Below are positions 54,603 through 64,000 of a stretch of 64,000 bases of DNA, in pieces. Source of the stretch: Schizochytrium sp. TIO01 (Eukaryota > Protista > Bigyra: Labyrinthulomycetes); NCBI GenBank assembly GCA_004764695.1, contig SMSO01000032.1:248001-312000 (forward strand), given 5' to 3'. Numbering within the stretch: position 1 is the stretch's first letter; every line of letters starts with the position of its first letter. Under the pieces are notes generated by a model. It worked only from the letters and a program-made list of their open reading frames with translations. It was not told the origin of the DNA and made no database searches. The position numbers were made by a program, and so were the translations under genes.

Positions 54603-56636
54603 ATGTTGCAGGAACAACTCTTGCAAGAGGATAGCCGTCTTGAAGAGGAGGCGATTGAAGCCGAGATCTCACTGGAAGAGGCCCGGGAGGTTTCTTTGAC
54701 TCAGCTGAACCCGCACGAATACATTCGGGTGACGGTAGAAACTGAGAACTTGAGCTATTTCGTGGGGAAAGGAAAGACGCGAAAGCAGATTCTCCACGAT
54801 GTGAATGTTAAATTTCAGCCAGGCGAGCTCACGGCGATTCTAGGACCGAGCGGCAGTGGCAAAACCACAACAATATCAATATTGCTAGGTAATGCTGCTG
54901 GCCAAAAAACTGGAAAAGTGTTTGTAAATGGAATTGAAGGGCCACCTAAACACTTCAAAAGCGTGGCCAAGCTCGTGCCCCAAGAAGATGTTTTGCTCGC
55001 TTCTTTGACTGTTCGGGAAACTTTATACTACCAGAGTGAACTAGTCCTTCCAGAGGTATGGTCAAGGGCTATGAAAGATTTACGTGTTTTAGAGGTAGTT
55101 CGTGCGTTATCAATCGAAGACTGCTTGGATGTGCGCATTGGTACTGTAGATGAACGAGGCGTCTCGGGAGGCCAGCGGAAGCGGGTCTCCATTGCTATGG
55201 ACCTGCTTTCGAACCCAGCTACACTTTTTGTTGACGAGCCAACGAGTGGGTTGGATAGTAAAACTGCGGAAGATGTTGTGCGTATCCTCAGTGGGCTTGC
55301 CAAGCCTCAGGATGGAGGACCGCAAAGGACGATTGTTTGTACAATTCATCAACCAAGTTATCGGATCTTTTCATTATTCGATCAGCTAGTTCTACTAGCC
55401 GCAGGCCGAGTGGCATACCGAGGCCCAATGTCACAAGTGGAACTGTTTTTTGAGGAAATGGGTCTTGCAACACCACCACGCGAAAACCCTGCCGACCATT
55501 ACATGCGTGTGCTGCAAGATGAAGGCAACCAAGAGAAGCTAACAACTGAATTTGCAAAGCGTACGAATCTTTTACTGGAACATCAATCTGCAAATGAAAA
55601 TAGGTGGACTGACTCAACAGCTTTGGAGGAAATACAACAATCTACCGATGATACCGAATCGTGGACTCGACTCGAGAAAATGAAGCAACGGCTTCATGCC
55701 GTAACACGACAATGCTGCACAGGGTCCTACCCAAGAGTTGGGGAGCATACTGATAGCTTGGCAGATATCCCACGCTATCCTACTTCTTTTCGCAAGCAGT
55801 TCTGGACACTTTTTAAGCGTGCTGCGTATGACTCTATCAAAGACAGGAATAAGTTTTTGCGTACTGTGACTTTAAAAACCTCTGTGGGTCTTCTGGTTGG
55901 CTGGGTTTGGTGGCAAGCTGGCAACCCAGCGCGCTTAGATAAAATATTTCCACTGGAGGGTGCCTGTCTTATGTTGGTACTGAACAGCACCGTTGACACC
56001 ATTGCGTCTACAATCATTGTATTCCCTACGCAGCGCAGCCTGATGAACAGAGAGTACAAGAACGGCGTATACCGATTGATGCCCTTTTACCTGGGCATCA
56101 TCTCCTCTATGGCAGTACTTTCCACTGTGCATGTGACAGTGATGACGTTCCCAATTTATTTCATGGTAGGCTTGCAGCCAAAGCTGGTGAACTTCTTCAC
56201 CTTTTTGTGCATTATGCTTCTTATGACAATGATTGGTAATGTCCTGGGAGTCATTGTTGGTGCTATTAGTAAAGATTTGATTGAGGCACAGAATACGCTT
56301 GCACCAATGCTTGCCCCTATGATTATTTCTGCAGGTTATGTCATCCCATACAAACAGCTTAACGCACCTTTACGTTGCGTGTACCACATAAGTTTTTTTC
56401 AATTTGGTCTTTCTGCTTTGCAGCTGAATGAGTTCAAGGATTTACCAATTGAAATCAAAATCGAAGACTACGAAATTCCACTCACCGGCAACTTTATTTT
56501 GAAGAATTTTTTAAGTCTCGACCCTGCTACCCATCACGTTGAGGACTACCTGTTGCGCCTGGTCGCAGCTCTCGTCATCATCATCGTCATTGGGTATCTC
56601 GTCGTGCGCCGCCGTCTTCGTCAAAAAACCGGATAG
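54603..56636 (+). CDS. ABCG (White-type) half transporter
   Basis: Walker A GPSGSGKTT, signature VSGGQRKRVSIA, Walker B LFVDEPTSGLDS, TIHQP, NPADH; NBD followed by six-TM ABC2 domain with REYKNGVY. Confidence 0.96.
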   Translation: MLQEQLLQEDSRLEEEAIEAEISLEEAREVSLTQLNPHEYIRVTVETENLSYFVGKGKTRKQILHDVNVKFQPGELTAILGPSGSGKTTTISILLGNAAGQKTGKVFVNGIEGPPKHFKSVAKLVPQEDVLLASLTVRETLYYQSELVLPEVWSRAMKDLRVLEVVRALSIEDCLDVRIGTVDERGVSGGQRKRVSIAMDLLSNPATLFVDEPTSGLDSKTAEDVVRILSGLAKPQDGGPQRTIVCTIHQPSYRIFSLFDQLVLLAAGRVAYRGPMSQVELFFEEMGLATPPRENPADHYMRVLQDEGNQEKLTTEFAKRTNLLLEHQSANENRWTDSTALEEIQQSTDDTESWTRLEKMKQRLHAVTRQCCTGSYPRVGEHTDSLADIPRYPTSFRKQFWTLFKRAAYDSIKDRNKFLRTVTLKTSVGLLVGWVWWQAGNPARLDKIFPLEGACLMLVLNSTVDTIASTIIVFPTQRSLMNREYKNGVYRLMPFYLGIISSMAVLSTVHVTVMTFPIYFMVGLQPKLVNFFTFLCIMLLMTMIGNVLGVIVGAISKDLIEAQNTLAPMLAPMIISAGYVIPYKQLNAPLRCVYHISFFQFGLSALQLNEFKDLPIEIKIEDYEIPLTGNFILKNFLSLDPATHHVEDYLLRLVAALVIIIVIGYLVVRRRLRQKTG

Positions 56637-57325
56637 AAGTTACGTCGTCACATCCAAAATTATTTTCTTGCCTTTCTTGCAGTACACAATGTTCAAGCAA
56701 GCAAGTATGCAATGCAAGTAATACAAGCAATCACAGCTCTTATCATCTTGTAGATTTTTCTTCGTATTTACACAGACCCAACATTGAAAGTTCCTTTAGC
56801 TCCTTCTTTTCCACACCATAGAATCAATCCATATGCACACAAAAAATACGTGCTTAGACAGTAGTAAACACAAACTTTTCTTCTTCGGACTCCACCTTAA
56901 TTTCTCGTGGCTCTTTTTTGCTGACCTGTATCATATTCCATTTCAAAGAATATTGGATTCCATCCATCGCTCTGATATCCCCGAAGGGTCCCCGCACACA
57001 CCTGCGTTGTGCAGTCTACTAGTTAAACATTCAAGAGAGAGTGAGTGGTTCTCTGGTCCTTGCAAAGGAAAGCAAGGCTGACGAAAGTGGACTATTGTTA
57101 AGTCGAGTATAGCAACATGCAAATGGGAAATAAATTGGATAAAGTAGAATATATTTGGTTCGAAGTAGAGCAAAAAGAGGCCAAGTAAGGTAAAGAGCAG
57201 AGCCTGCCAAGGCCTGCGAAAAGCCTCGAGCAAGGCCAATTAATGGCCACGGGAGAACTCGGTGCGAGTGCTGCCGAGGCACCCTTGGCACTGCGAAGGT
57301 CGTAGACGCCCAATCGCAAATAGCA

Positions 57326-60145
57326 ATGGCATTCTCTTCCTCGCGAGGCCTGCTGCGGCCCTCTTTGCGGTCCGTGCGCCTCGGCGCCGTCCATTATGGC
57401 CAAGCCATCTCACCAGCATTTCCTGCTGCCACATCTTCCTCGCACCTCACGCTCCGCCAAACACTGGTCGGCCTCCGCGAGCTCAGTTCCAGCGTTGGTA
57501 AATCTACAACATCCTCTGCGTCTGGAGTCGGCGCCAAAGACCAGGACGCCAAAACGTCATTGAAGAATGCAAATGCAACTTCATCGACGTCTTCATTAAT
57601 TCCTTCAGATTCTGGCAATTCTGGCACTTCGTATCTGTGGAGATTTCAGGGTGTGGAAAATATCTCTGTCAAGAGCGTGGATGTTCCTCGCGTTTCTGAG
57701 TCCAAGCTCGATGGCGTTCCAATGTTGCATGGCACTCGTAAGCGCGTCACCATCTTGGGTGGAGTCCATGGAAATGAGCTCATGGGCACCAAGATTGTCA
57801 ACAGGCTTGTTGCAGAGCTACAGAGTGGCCGCTGGGCCATGCCAAAGGCAAACACGGAGCTTGTTTTGGCTTTGGGGAACCCTGAGGCGATCAAGAAAGG
57901 TACTCGGGCCACCACGGCTGACTCTGACTTGAACCGATCGTTTCCTCTTGAGCTCAGCAAGTCCCAGGAATCCTCTGCCGTTGAGAAGCAGCCCAAGTCT
58001 GTGGAGGAAGCTCGTGCGAAGGAGCTTGCCCCTTATTTGATGAAGACTGACATCCTTCTGGATATTCATGCCACCAACCTTCCATCAGAACCTTTTATTC
58101 GCGTCGCTGGACAGTGCACGGAGGACCACATGCGAGTGGCTAGTTGGTTTGCAAAACTTCCTGCACAGACTACCGAGCACATGAAGCTTCTTCTCGACCC
58201 TATGTACGAAATTGGCGGCTTTCCGTGCACAACTGATGAATTTGTCAACAGCTTCGGAGGCATTGGAGTCTGCCTAGAGACTGGCCTTTACGACGACCTG
58301 AGCATGGAGGACGAGGTGTACACTCGCGTTCTGGAAATGCTTAACTACGAAATTGGCCTTTACGATGTCAAGGGCGACTTCGCCTGGCCGAAGCAAAATG
58401 TGGATCCCGTCACCTTCCTGAGACCTTACGGTATCACGCGTGTGAGCATTCCTGACGAAAGTAATCCCAGTGAGAAGGCAGCTGCAATCATTGATATGAA
58501 TGAGAAAGAGGAGCAGGCCTACCGCGAAGCACTCAGTAAGCCCAAGAAGCGCTCTCCTGAAGAGTCTTCTCGAGCTGAGAATGTTGAGAGGTCTCCATGG
58601 GAGCTCTCGCAACCTACCCAGAAGGTTAACATTTCCAAGCCTGTTAGCACTCAGGATACTGGCGAGAAAAAGGAGAATGACTTCTTGGATGAGGAAGGTG
58701 AGAACTCGACTAGCGAGCCGCTCGATAAGCACCGCGTCATGTCTCGCGCTGACGCTCTCCATGAGGATGACATCCAAATTGTTGAGCGCGATGTGTTTGC
58801 AAACCCGCCTAAGCGCAAGGTACACCCTATCCAGAATGTGTATTCGTACCTTTTCCGCCCGTTTCAAGTTGTTTCTTCCCACTTGCTCACTGAAAACGGC
58901 TTTGAGTTTGACAAGCAGTTTGGCTCTTTTAATTGGGAGTATGTCCGTCAGGGTCAGCATGTAGGCCGCTACCCACTGCCAGAGAAACCAAGTTCAGGCA
59001 AGAGATCTTCCAAGGAGCCTGAAACTTCTATTGATGAGCTCTACATGGCATTGAGTGATAGCTATATCCTCTTTCCGAAGCCTCCCCACCTGCGCCGGCT
59101 GTACCGTCCGTTATTTTGGCTTGCGTCTGAGGTCAGACTCCCAAGAACAGCTTCCACACCGATGAGCATTCTGCGCAAGACCGAAGATAAACTGTTTACT
59201 CGTCAACACTTTGCCAACCACATTGCACGAGTTGTTACAAAGAATCGTGAAAGCTTTATGGAGAACCTGCACTCTTCGCCAGCTTTGACACGTAAGGGTG
59301 CTAATGATCCCTACACTTTTGTCTCTCAAGAAAACCTTGTGCACTTCAATACTAACACAGGTGAGCTTGCTGGTAAGGTCTATACTCAACAGTTGCGCAC
59401 GTCCACTCGCTCAGGCCGTAACTTCCGTTTGGGTGTTGTCTTGGAAACCTATAGCAACCTTGCTCCTGATGAATATGTGCGCAAGGATTTGAGGGACTCT
59501 ATTGTATACTTTCCCTACGAGCTTTCTAGCGTTAAGAGCCAGGGTCTGGTTGTGTACCCGACCCCCCAAACTGTGCAAGGTGAGCACTTTCTAACGGGTG
59601 GCCCTCCTTACTCGTCTGCCCGTATCACTATTCCCTTCCCGCTTCATCGCTTCGATCAAGGTAACAAATTCTTCCTTGGCATTTCTCCTCCAGGAATTGA
59701 TTACTCGCGTTCAGATGAGTTTGTCGAGGCTCAGCTGCATCGTCGTATGGCTCTTGCGCGCAAGACTGTTCCATGGGTGAAGCTCCAGGCACACAAAAAC
59801 TACATCTTGAGCGAAATGTCTTGTGTTGGAGATGCCTACTTGTTTTGTGACTCGACTTTGTCTGAGCCGGAAATCGACACTGTGAGTGTTCGTGGATCCA
59901 GCTTTTCTAGCGTTGGTGCTACGTATTACAACTTGTGGCAGACCGTGTACGCATTTGGTCAGATGTGGCGTGAGCAGGAGAATGACTCTGCACCATACCT
60001 TGCGGAGATCCATCCCGCCTTTAGTCGTCGTGGTGATCTCGTGCAGGAGTTCGGTGCTTCTAACGAGCTCCCTGAGCCTATTCGCCCTGTCGAGCGTGAC
60101 CCTTCACTGCCACCGCCCAAGTACCCTGTCAACCAAGGCCGATAA
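57326..60145 (+). CDS. AstE/aspartoacylase (M14-like zinc deacylase) family protein with predicted mitochondrial presequence and long unknown C-terminal region
   Basis: ILGGVHGNE, LGNPEA...TR...DLNRSF, LLDIHAT, LETG; R/S/L-rich acid-free N-terminus MAFSSSRGLLRPSLRSVRL. Confidence 0.8.
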   Translation: MAFSSSRGLLRPSLRSVRLGAVHYGQAISPAFPAATSSSHLTLRQTLVGLRELSSSVGKSTTSSASGVGAKDQDAKTSLKNANATSSTSSLIPSDSGNSGTSYLWRFQGVENISVKSVDVPRVSESKLDGVPMLHGTRKRVTILGGVHGNELMGTKIVNRLVAELQSGRWAMPKANTELVLALGNPEAIKKGTRATTADSDLNRSFPLELSKSQESSAVEKQPKSVEEARAKELAPYLMKTDILLDIHATNLPSEPFIRVAGQCTEDHMRVASWFAKLPAQTTEHMKLLLDPMYEIGGFPCTTDEFVNSFGGIGVCLETGLYDDLSMEDEVYTRVLEMLNYEIGLYDVKGDFAWPKQNVDPVTFLRPYGITRVSIPDESNPSEKAAAIIDMNEKEEQAYREALSKPKKRSPEESSRAENVERSPWELSQPTQKVNISKPVSTQDTGEKKENDFLDEEGENSTSEPLDKHRVMSRADALHEDDIQIVERDVFANPPKRKVHPIQNVYSYLFRPFQVVSSHLLTENGFEFDKQFGSFNWEYVRQGQHVGRYPLPEKPSSGKRSSKEPETSIDELYMALSDSYILFPKPPHLRRLYRPLFWLASEVRLPRTASTPMSILRKTEDKLFTRQHFANHIARVVTKNRESFMENLHSSPALTRKGANDPYTFVSQENLVHFNTNTGELAGKVYTQQLRTSTRSGRNFRLGVVLETYSNLAPDEYVRKDLRDSIVYFPYELSSVKSQGLVVYPTPQTVQGEHFLTGGPPYSSARITIPFPLHRFDQGNKFFLGISPPGIDYSRSDEFVEAQLHRRMALARKTVPWVKLQAHKNYILSEMSCVGDAYLFCDSTLSEPEIDTVSVRGSSFSSVGATYYNLWQTVYAFGQMWREQENDSAPYLAEIHPAFSRRGDLVQEFGASNELPEPIRPVERDPSLPPPKYPVNQGR

Positions 60146-60888
60146 ACGGTACAGATTTACAAGTCACCAACAATATTTGTCGTTCTGAGGAAAAAAAGTC
60201 TCTCTTGAGCGCGACGACAATATCCTCACACTGTCTGTGTCTCGTATCTATCACTGCATACCTTCGTATCGGTTTTTCTCGTTTCCTCCTACCTAGCTAG
60301 TTTCATGGGACTGTAATTGATTTTTTGATGCATGAAGTTTACCCATTTTGATTGATCGTTTCGTTTTAGGACATCAAATCGAGCTTATCTATGTACACCT
60401 GGTATTATATTTACTTAACATTAGGAGAATTCGTCATATGTAATCTTCAAGCAACCAGGAGGTCTTTTCTCTACAAAGCCAACAAAACCAAAAGTTTTTC
60501 ATCAAAAATTAAAAGTTTGCAAAGACAAAACAATCGAATGCTTTCTTCTCTTCAAACAAAATGTTATAAAACACAACAAATCAAAATAGAAACTAGGAGC
60601 TTTTATACCAATAATTAAAAATGATATTCGCTCAAGGCGAAGTATGGATCTGATGTTCTCTATTATGTTGAACATATCCTGAGTTATTGAGAAATCTGAG
60701 AATGCTTGTGGTTTATTGATTTATAAGTTTACGAAATCCACCAATTTAATCACGAGTTCGTTGCATAACAGAATTTTCATTTTAACAATTTTAAAGCTTG
60801 GTTCAAGCCACCATAAGCCACGGCAAAATCCCGTGCAGGTTCTATAATATTGTTAGAAATGACTTGGAAAGAACCAACAGAATGGCTT

Positions 60889-63800
60889 TTAGCTCCCAAA
60901 TACACGGAGTTTCACAATCTTGCCAAGTGCATCACCCATAGGATCTGTCTCAGGATCTCCGGGAATAATTTGAATTTGCTCGTCTGCCGGAGCTGCATGG
61001 GATAAATTTGAGAATCCACGATCCCCACCATCATATGTATTAATCATTTTGTTCCCGTCGACGTTACTGTTGTTACCAGATGAGTTTTCTAAAGGGTTTT
61101 GTCTGCAATTCAGCACATAGGTTCCATACCCTGCGCGAATGTCAGAACGCCACTTACCCTCAAACCGATTTCCTCGACCAGGATATTCGACACGACCTTC
61201 GCCATGTCTTTGCCCATGAACAAAGCTGCCAGTGAAAACGTGGCCGTTTGATTTAGTAAGAGTTCCTTGCCCATGCATAAGACCATTGGCCCAGTCTCCA
61301 CGATAACTAGAGCCATCAGGAAAGTTGGCTAGGCCGCGCCCATGAAACCGGCCATTACAAAAGTCACCTTCATATATCATCCCATCACTATCTACAAAAC
61401 GACCCTTTCCATGGCGTTGATTCTCATGCCAATTGCCATCATAAATCGATCCATCCTTGAAAGAAAGCTTCCCTCTTCCATGACGACGTCCGTCCTGGAT
61501 TTCACCTTCGTAGACCTCCTGCAAGACAGTGCCAGGACTGGTTATGAATTTTCCAGTTCCGGTCATACGATCATGTCTGAAGTCCCCAACGTATATGCTT
61601 GTGTCATTAAAATGCATTGTACCTTGGCCGTGACGATGGTTGTCTTTCCATTCACCTTCATATCGATGTCCATGCTTCAAGTAGGCCATTGTTCCATGAC
61701 CATTGATTTTGTTTTCGGCAAACGCACCTTGATAAATATTGCCGTTCACAAAGGTATACTTGCCGTTTCCGTTTCTTTTGCCATGAAAGAAACTACCATG
61801 ATAGACAGAGCCATCTCTATACGTAAAAGTGCCAATTCCATGAAGTTGGCCCTTGAAAAAAGAACCAACATAGTGAGCACCAGATCCAAAATAGAGCTGG
61901 CCTGGACCATGTTTTCGGCTATTTTTCCAATTTCCTACATAGATACAACCAGACTGGCGATAAAGAAAAGTTCCTTGGCCTGATGCAGCTCCACCTGAGA
62001 AGCTGCCCTCAAAAATATCTCCATTTGCAAAGACCAGGGTTCCATGCCCCCCCATATGTCCTAGCTCCCAGGCACCATCATATATTTCACCCGTGACTGT
62101 ATTTTCAAGACGGCCATGTCCATCATAGCGACCCATATTCCAGGTTCCTACGTATCGATATGCGCCACCAAAGGTGCAAGTACCATAGCCATGACGATTA
62201 TCATCAACGAAATGCCCTCTGTAAACTTCTCCGTTTGCAAGTTTGAGAATTCCTGGCCCATTTGCTAGGCCTCGAGCAATTCTACCAATGAAACGATCTC
62301 CATTTGCTTTCGTGAAGGCTCCAATTCCGTGAAATCTCGTTTTGAGGAATTCCCCCTCATAGACATCTCCATTTGCGCTTGCAAGTCTCGCCTTTCCATT
62401 CAAAAGTCCTGCTGTCCAAAGTCCTTCAAGGGTGTCGCCTGTGGCAGATGTTTCCACACCAAAACCATGGCGAAGGTTGTTCTGCCAGCTGCCTTGGAAA
62501 ACTGTACCATCACTTTTGCGCAATGTCCCCATTCCATGTCGTAGATTGTGTCGAAATTCTCCTTCGAAGGTTGTTCCATCTTCGTAGCGTAGTTTTCCAT
62601 TCCCATGGGCCTGGCCCTGAACGAGTGCTCCAGAGTATTTCATAGTTCCGATACAAAGGCGTCCCTGCCCATTTTTGATTTTGTCTCCATATATGGTTTT
62701 GGGATCAATGTGGTCAGGTATCTGGTATGGCCCCGCACGTTTTTTCTTGATTCTCTTTGACTTGCGACTTTGCAAGCGATTTTTATTAGCAGCCTTGGGG
62801 TCTTGATTGCAATCCTTGTTACCAGCAAGACCTGAACTGGGAAGACCTACAGGTGCGGATTGTTTCGCTTGTTGCATACGTTGCAGTTCTTCTTTAAAGC
62901 GTTCAATATCAAGAAAATCTTCCTTACCACCAGTTCCATTTCCCTCATTTTTTAGTTCCATTTGTGCCCGAGCTTCGACGACTGAAAAGTGCGGCCAACG
63001 ATCATCTGGGACAGGCTCAATGTTAAGACGGGGTCGCAACATTGCTGGGACTTCTGGCGGATCGTTTCGTGATCCTTGCGGTTGGTCACTAGTCAGTTCA
63101 GCAGAAAGTCGTTTTTGTTTTCGCTTTTTCTCACGAAGAGCAAATTTCCTCTCCCGCATAAGAACGTCATTTAATTTATGAATCATCTCCTGACGTGATG
63201 CAAAAATGCCAAGTTTTCGAGCTTGTAAATGCATCAAAAGTTCATCATTGGAGAGAGCTTCGGGCACAAGTTGGCCCATAATGTGGCCGTCTATGTCGAG
63301 TTGATTTGCACAATTGGCACAGTCAGGAAATACATCGCAATGATTAAGCTGCCAACACGCAGGGCATAACCAATTGTGCTGTCGTCGATGAACTTCAAGC
63401 GTTTCAAATGTTGTGGCATGGAAATCACAGTCACCCCAGTTACACGGAAAATCTCCATTATTCATTTCGAATGGAGCGTCCCATTGCGTTTCTGTGTTAG
63501 AGGTGTTGTAATAGAAGACGGCACCCGTTTCAGGATCTCGCATTTCTTTCCAGTTATCCACCTTGCGTATGAGGATACTCCGCATCAGCAATGCTCGAAG
63601 AGATATACCTTTAGGCACAACTCGTTTCCGCTCTAAAAGGAGTTCTTCGCGGCGTTTTCGACCAAAGCGGCCACGCACAATTGCTTGAATACGAATTGCA
63701 GATGCATGTTTCCCGCGTAATTCGAGGACAAGACGTTTGGCAAGCTGTCGTCTTCGAGCTGACTGGATCTTACAGGCACACCGTTCAAGTCTTTGAGCAG

Positions 63801-64000
63801 CTTCAATTTTAACCTGCTCTTGCCTTTCCTCTTCTTTCGCAAGCCATGCAAGCCTAATAGTGAGCCGAGCTTTGGCATCTCGTCTAACCTCCCGCCTTTG
63901 ACGAAGGCCTTCCATCTTGATAATAAATAAGTAGTGATCGAATTTCTCTCTGACGTTAAAGAACAAGGACTTTGCGCCTTGCAAACAGCCCGACCCACGG
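60889..64000 (-). CDS. IQ + WW + zinc fingers + MORN-repeat protein (5'-partial)
   Basis: IQ motifs (IRIQAIVRGRFGRK), WW (WKEMRDPETGAVFYYN...TQWDAP), C2H2 finger (CNWGDC...H...H), RanBP2-like finger (WLCPAC...CANC), roughly 20 YEGxW...HGxG MORN repeats. The frame stays open to the window end. Confidence 0.9.
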   Translation of the reverse strand, partial: RGSGCLQGAKSLFFNVREKFDHYLFIIKMEGLRQRREVRRDAKARLTIRLAWLAKEEERQEQVKIEAAQRLERCACKIQSARRRQLAKRLVLELRGKHASAIRIQAIVRGRFGRKRREELLLERKRVVPKGISLRALLMRSILIRKVDNWKEMRDPETGAVFYYNTSNTETQWDAPFEMNNGDFPCNWGDCDFHATTFETLEVHRRQHNWLCPACWQLNHCDVFPDCANCANQLDIDGHIMGQLVPEALSNDELLMHLQARKLGIFASRQEMIHKLNDVLMRERKFALREKKRKQKRLSAELTSDQPQGSRNDPPEVPAMLRPRLNIEPVPDDRWPHFSVVEARAQMELKNEGNGTGGKEDFLDIERFKEELQRMQQAKQSAPVGLPSSGLAGNKDCNQDPKAANKNRLQSRKSKRIKKKRAGPYQIPDHIDPKTIYGDKIKNGQGRLCIGTMKYSGALVQGQAHGNGKLRYEDGTTFEGEFRHNLRHGMGTLRKSDGTVFQGSWQNNLRHGFGVETSATGDTLEGLWTAGLLNGKARLASANGDVYEGEFLKTRFHGIGAFTKANGDRFIGRIARGLANGPGILKLANGEVYRGHFVDDNRHGYGTCTFGGAYRYVGTWNMGRYDGHGRLENTVTGEIYDGAWELGHMGGHGTLVFANGDIFEGSFSGGAASGQGTFLYRQSGCIYVGNWKNSRKHGPGQLYFGSGAHYVGSFFKGQLHGIGTFTYRDGSVYHGSFFHGKRNGNGKYTFVNGNIYQGAFAENKINGHGTMAYLKHGHRYEGEWKDNHRHGQGTMHFNDTSIYVGDFRHDRMTGTGKFITSPGTVLQEVYEGEIQDGRRHGRGKLSFKDGSIYDGNWHENQRHGKGRFVDSDGMIYEGDFCNGRFHGRGLANFPDGSSYRGDWANGLMHGQGTLTKSNGHVFTGSFVHGQRHGEGRVEYPGRGNRFEGKWRSDIRAGYGTYVLNCRQNPLENSSGNNSNVDGNKMINTYDGGDRGFSNLSHAAPADEQIQIIPGDPETDPMGDALGKIVKLRVFGS

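Overview
Eukaryotic nuclear DNA with about 16 long, essentially intron-free protein-coding genes and microsatellite-rich intergenic DNA. The gene style and domain architectures suggest a stramenopile protist such as a thraustochytrid (inference, not verified). Genes in order: coiled-coil protein (probably 5'-partial), PrpF/oxalomesaconate-tautomerase-family enzyme, Tousled-like kinase, CK2 beta, homocysteine S-methyltransferase, then a ~7.6 kb gene-free SSR island, a giant ankyrin-WGR-PARP, VPS9+RCC1 protein, acidic coiled-coil protein, multidomain mRNA capping enzyme, DOT1-like methyltransferase-domain protein, TPR protein, Cdc37, BAHD acyltransferase, ABCG half-transporter, AstE/aspartoacylase-family protein, and an IQ/WW/ZnF/MORN protein (5'-partial). 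The most notable item is a single-chain capping enzyme (N/RGG-rich tail, S1-like, FCP1-type HAD, guanylyltransferase, cap N7-methyltransferase) with a HAD phosphatase where the RNA triphosphatase normally sits. Also notable: a WWE-like insertion inside the PARP catalytic domain, a ubiquitin-like N-terminal extension on Cdc37, a 17-nt convergent CDS overlap, and three consecutive frameshifted genes at 47.9-53.3 kb (most likely homopolymer consensus errors). No tRNA, rRNA, CRISPR array or intact mobile element could be supported. All domain calls come from motif recognition by eye, not from database searches.
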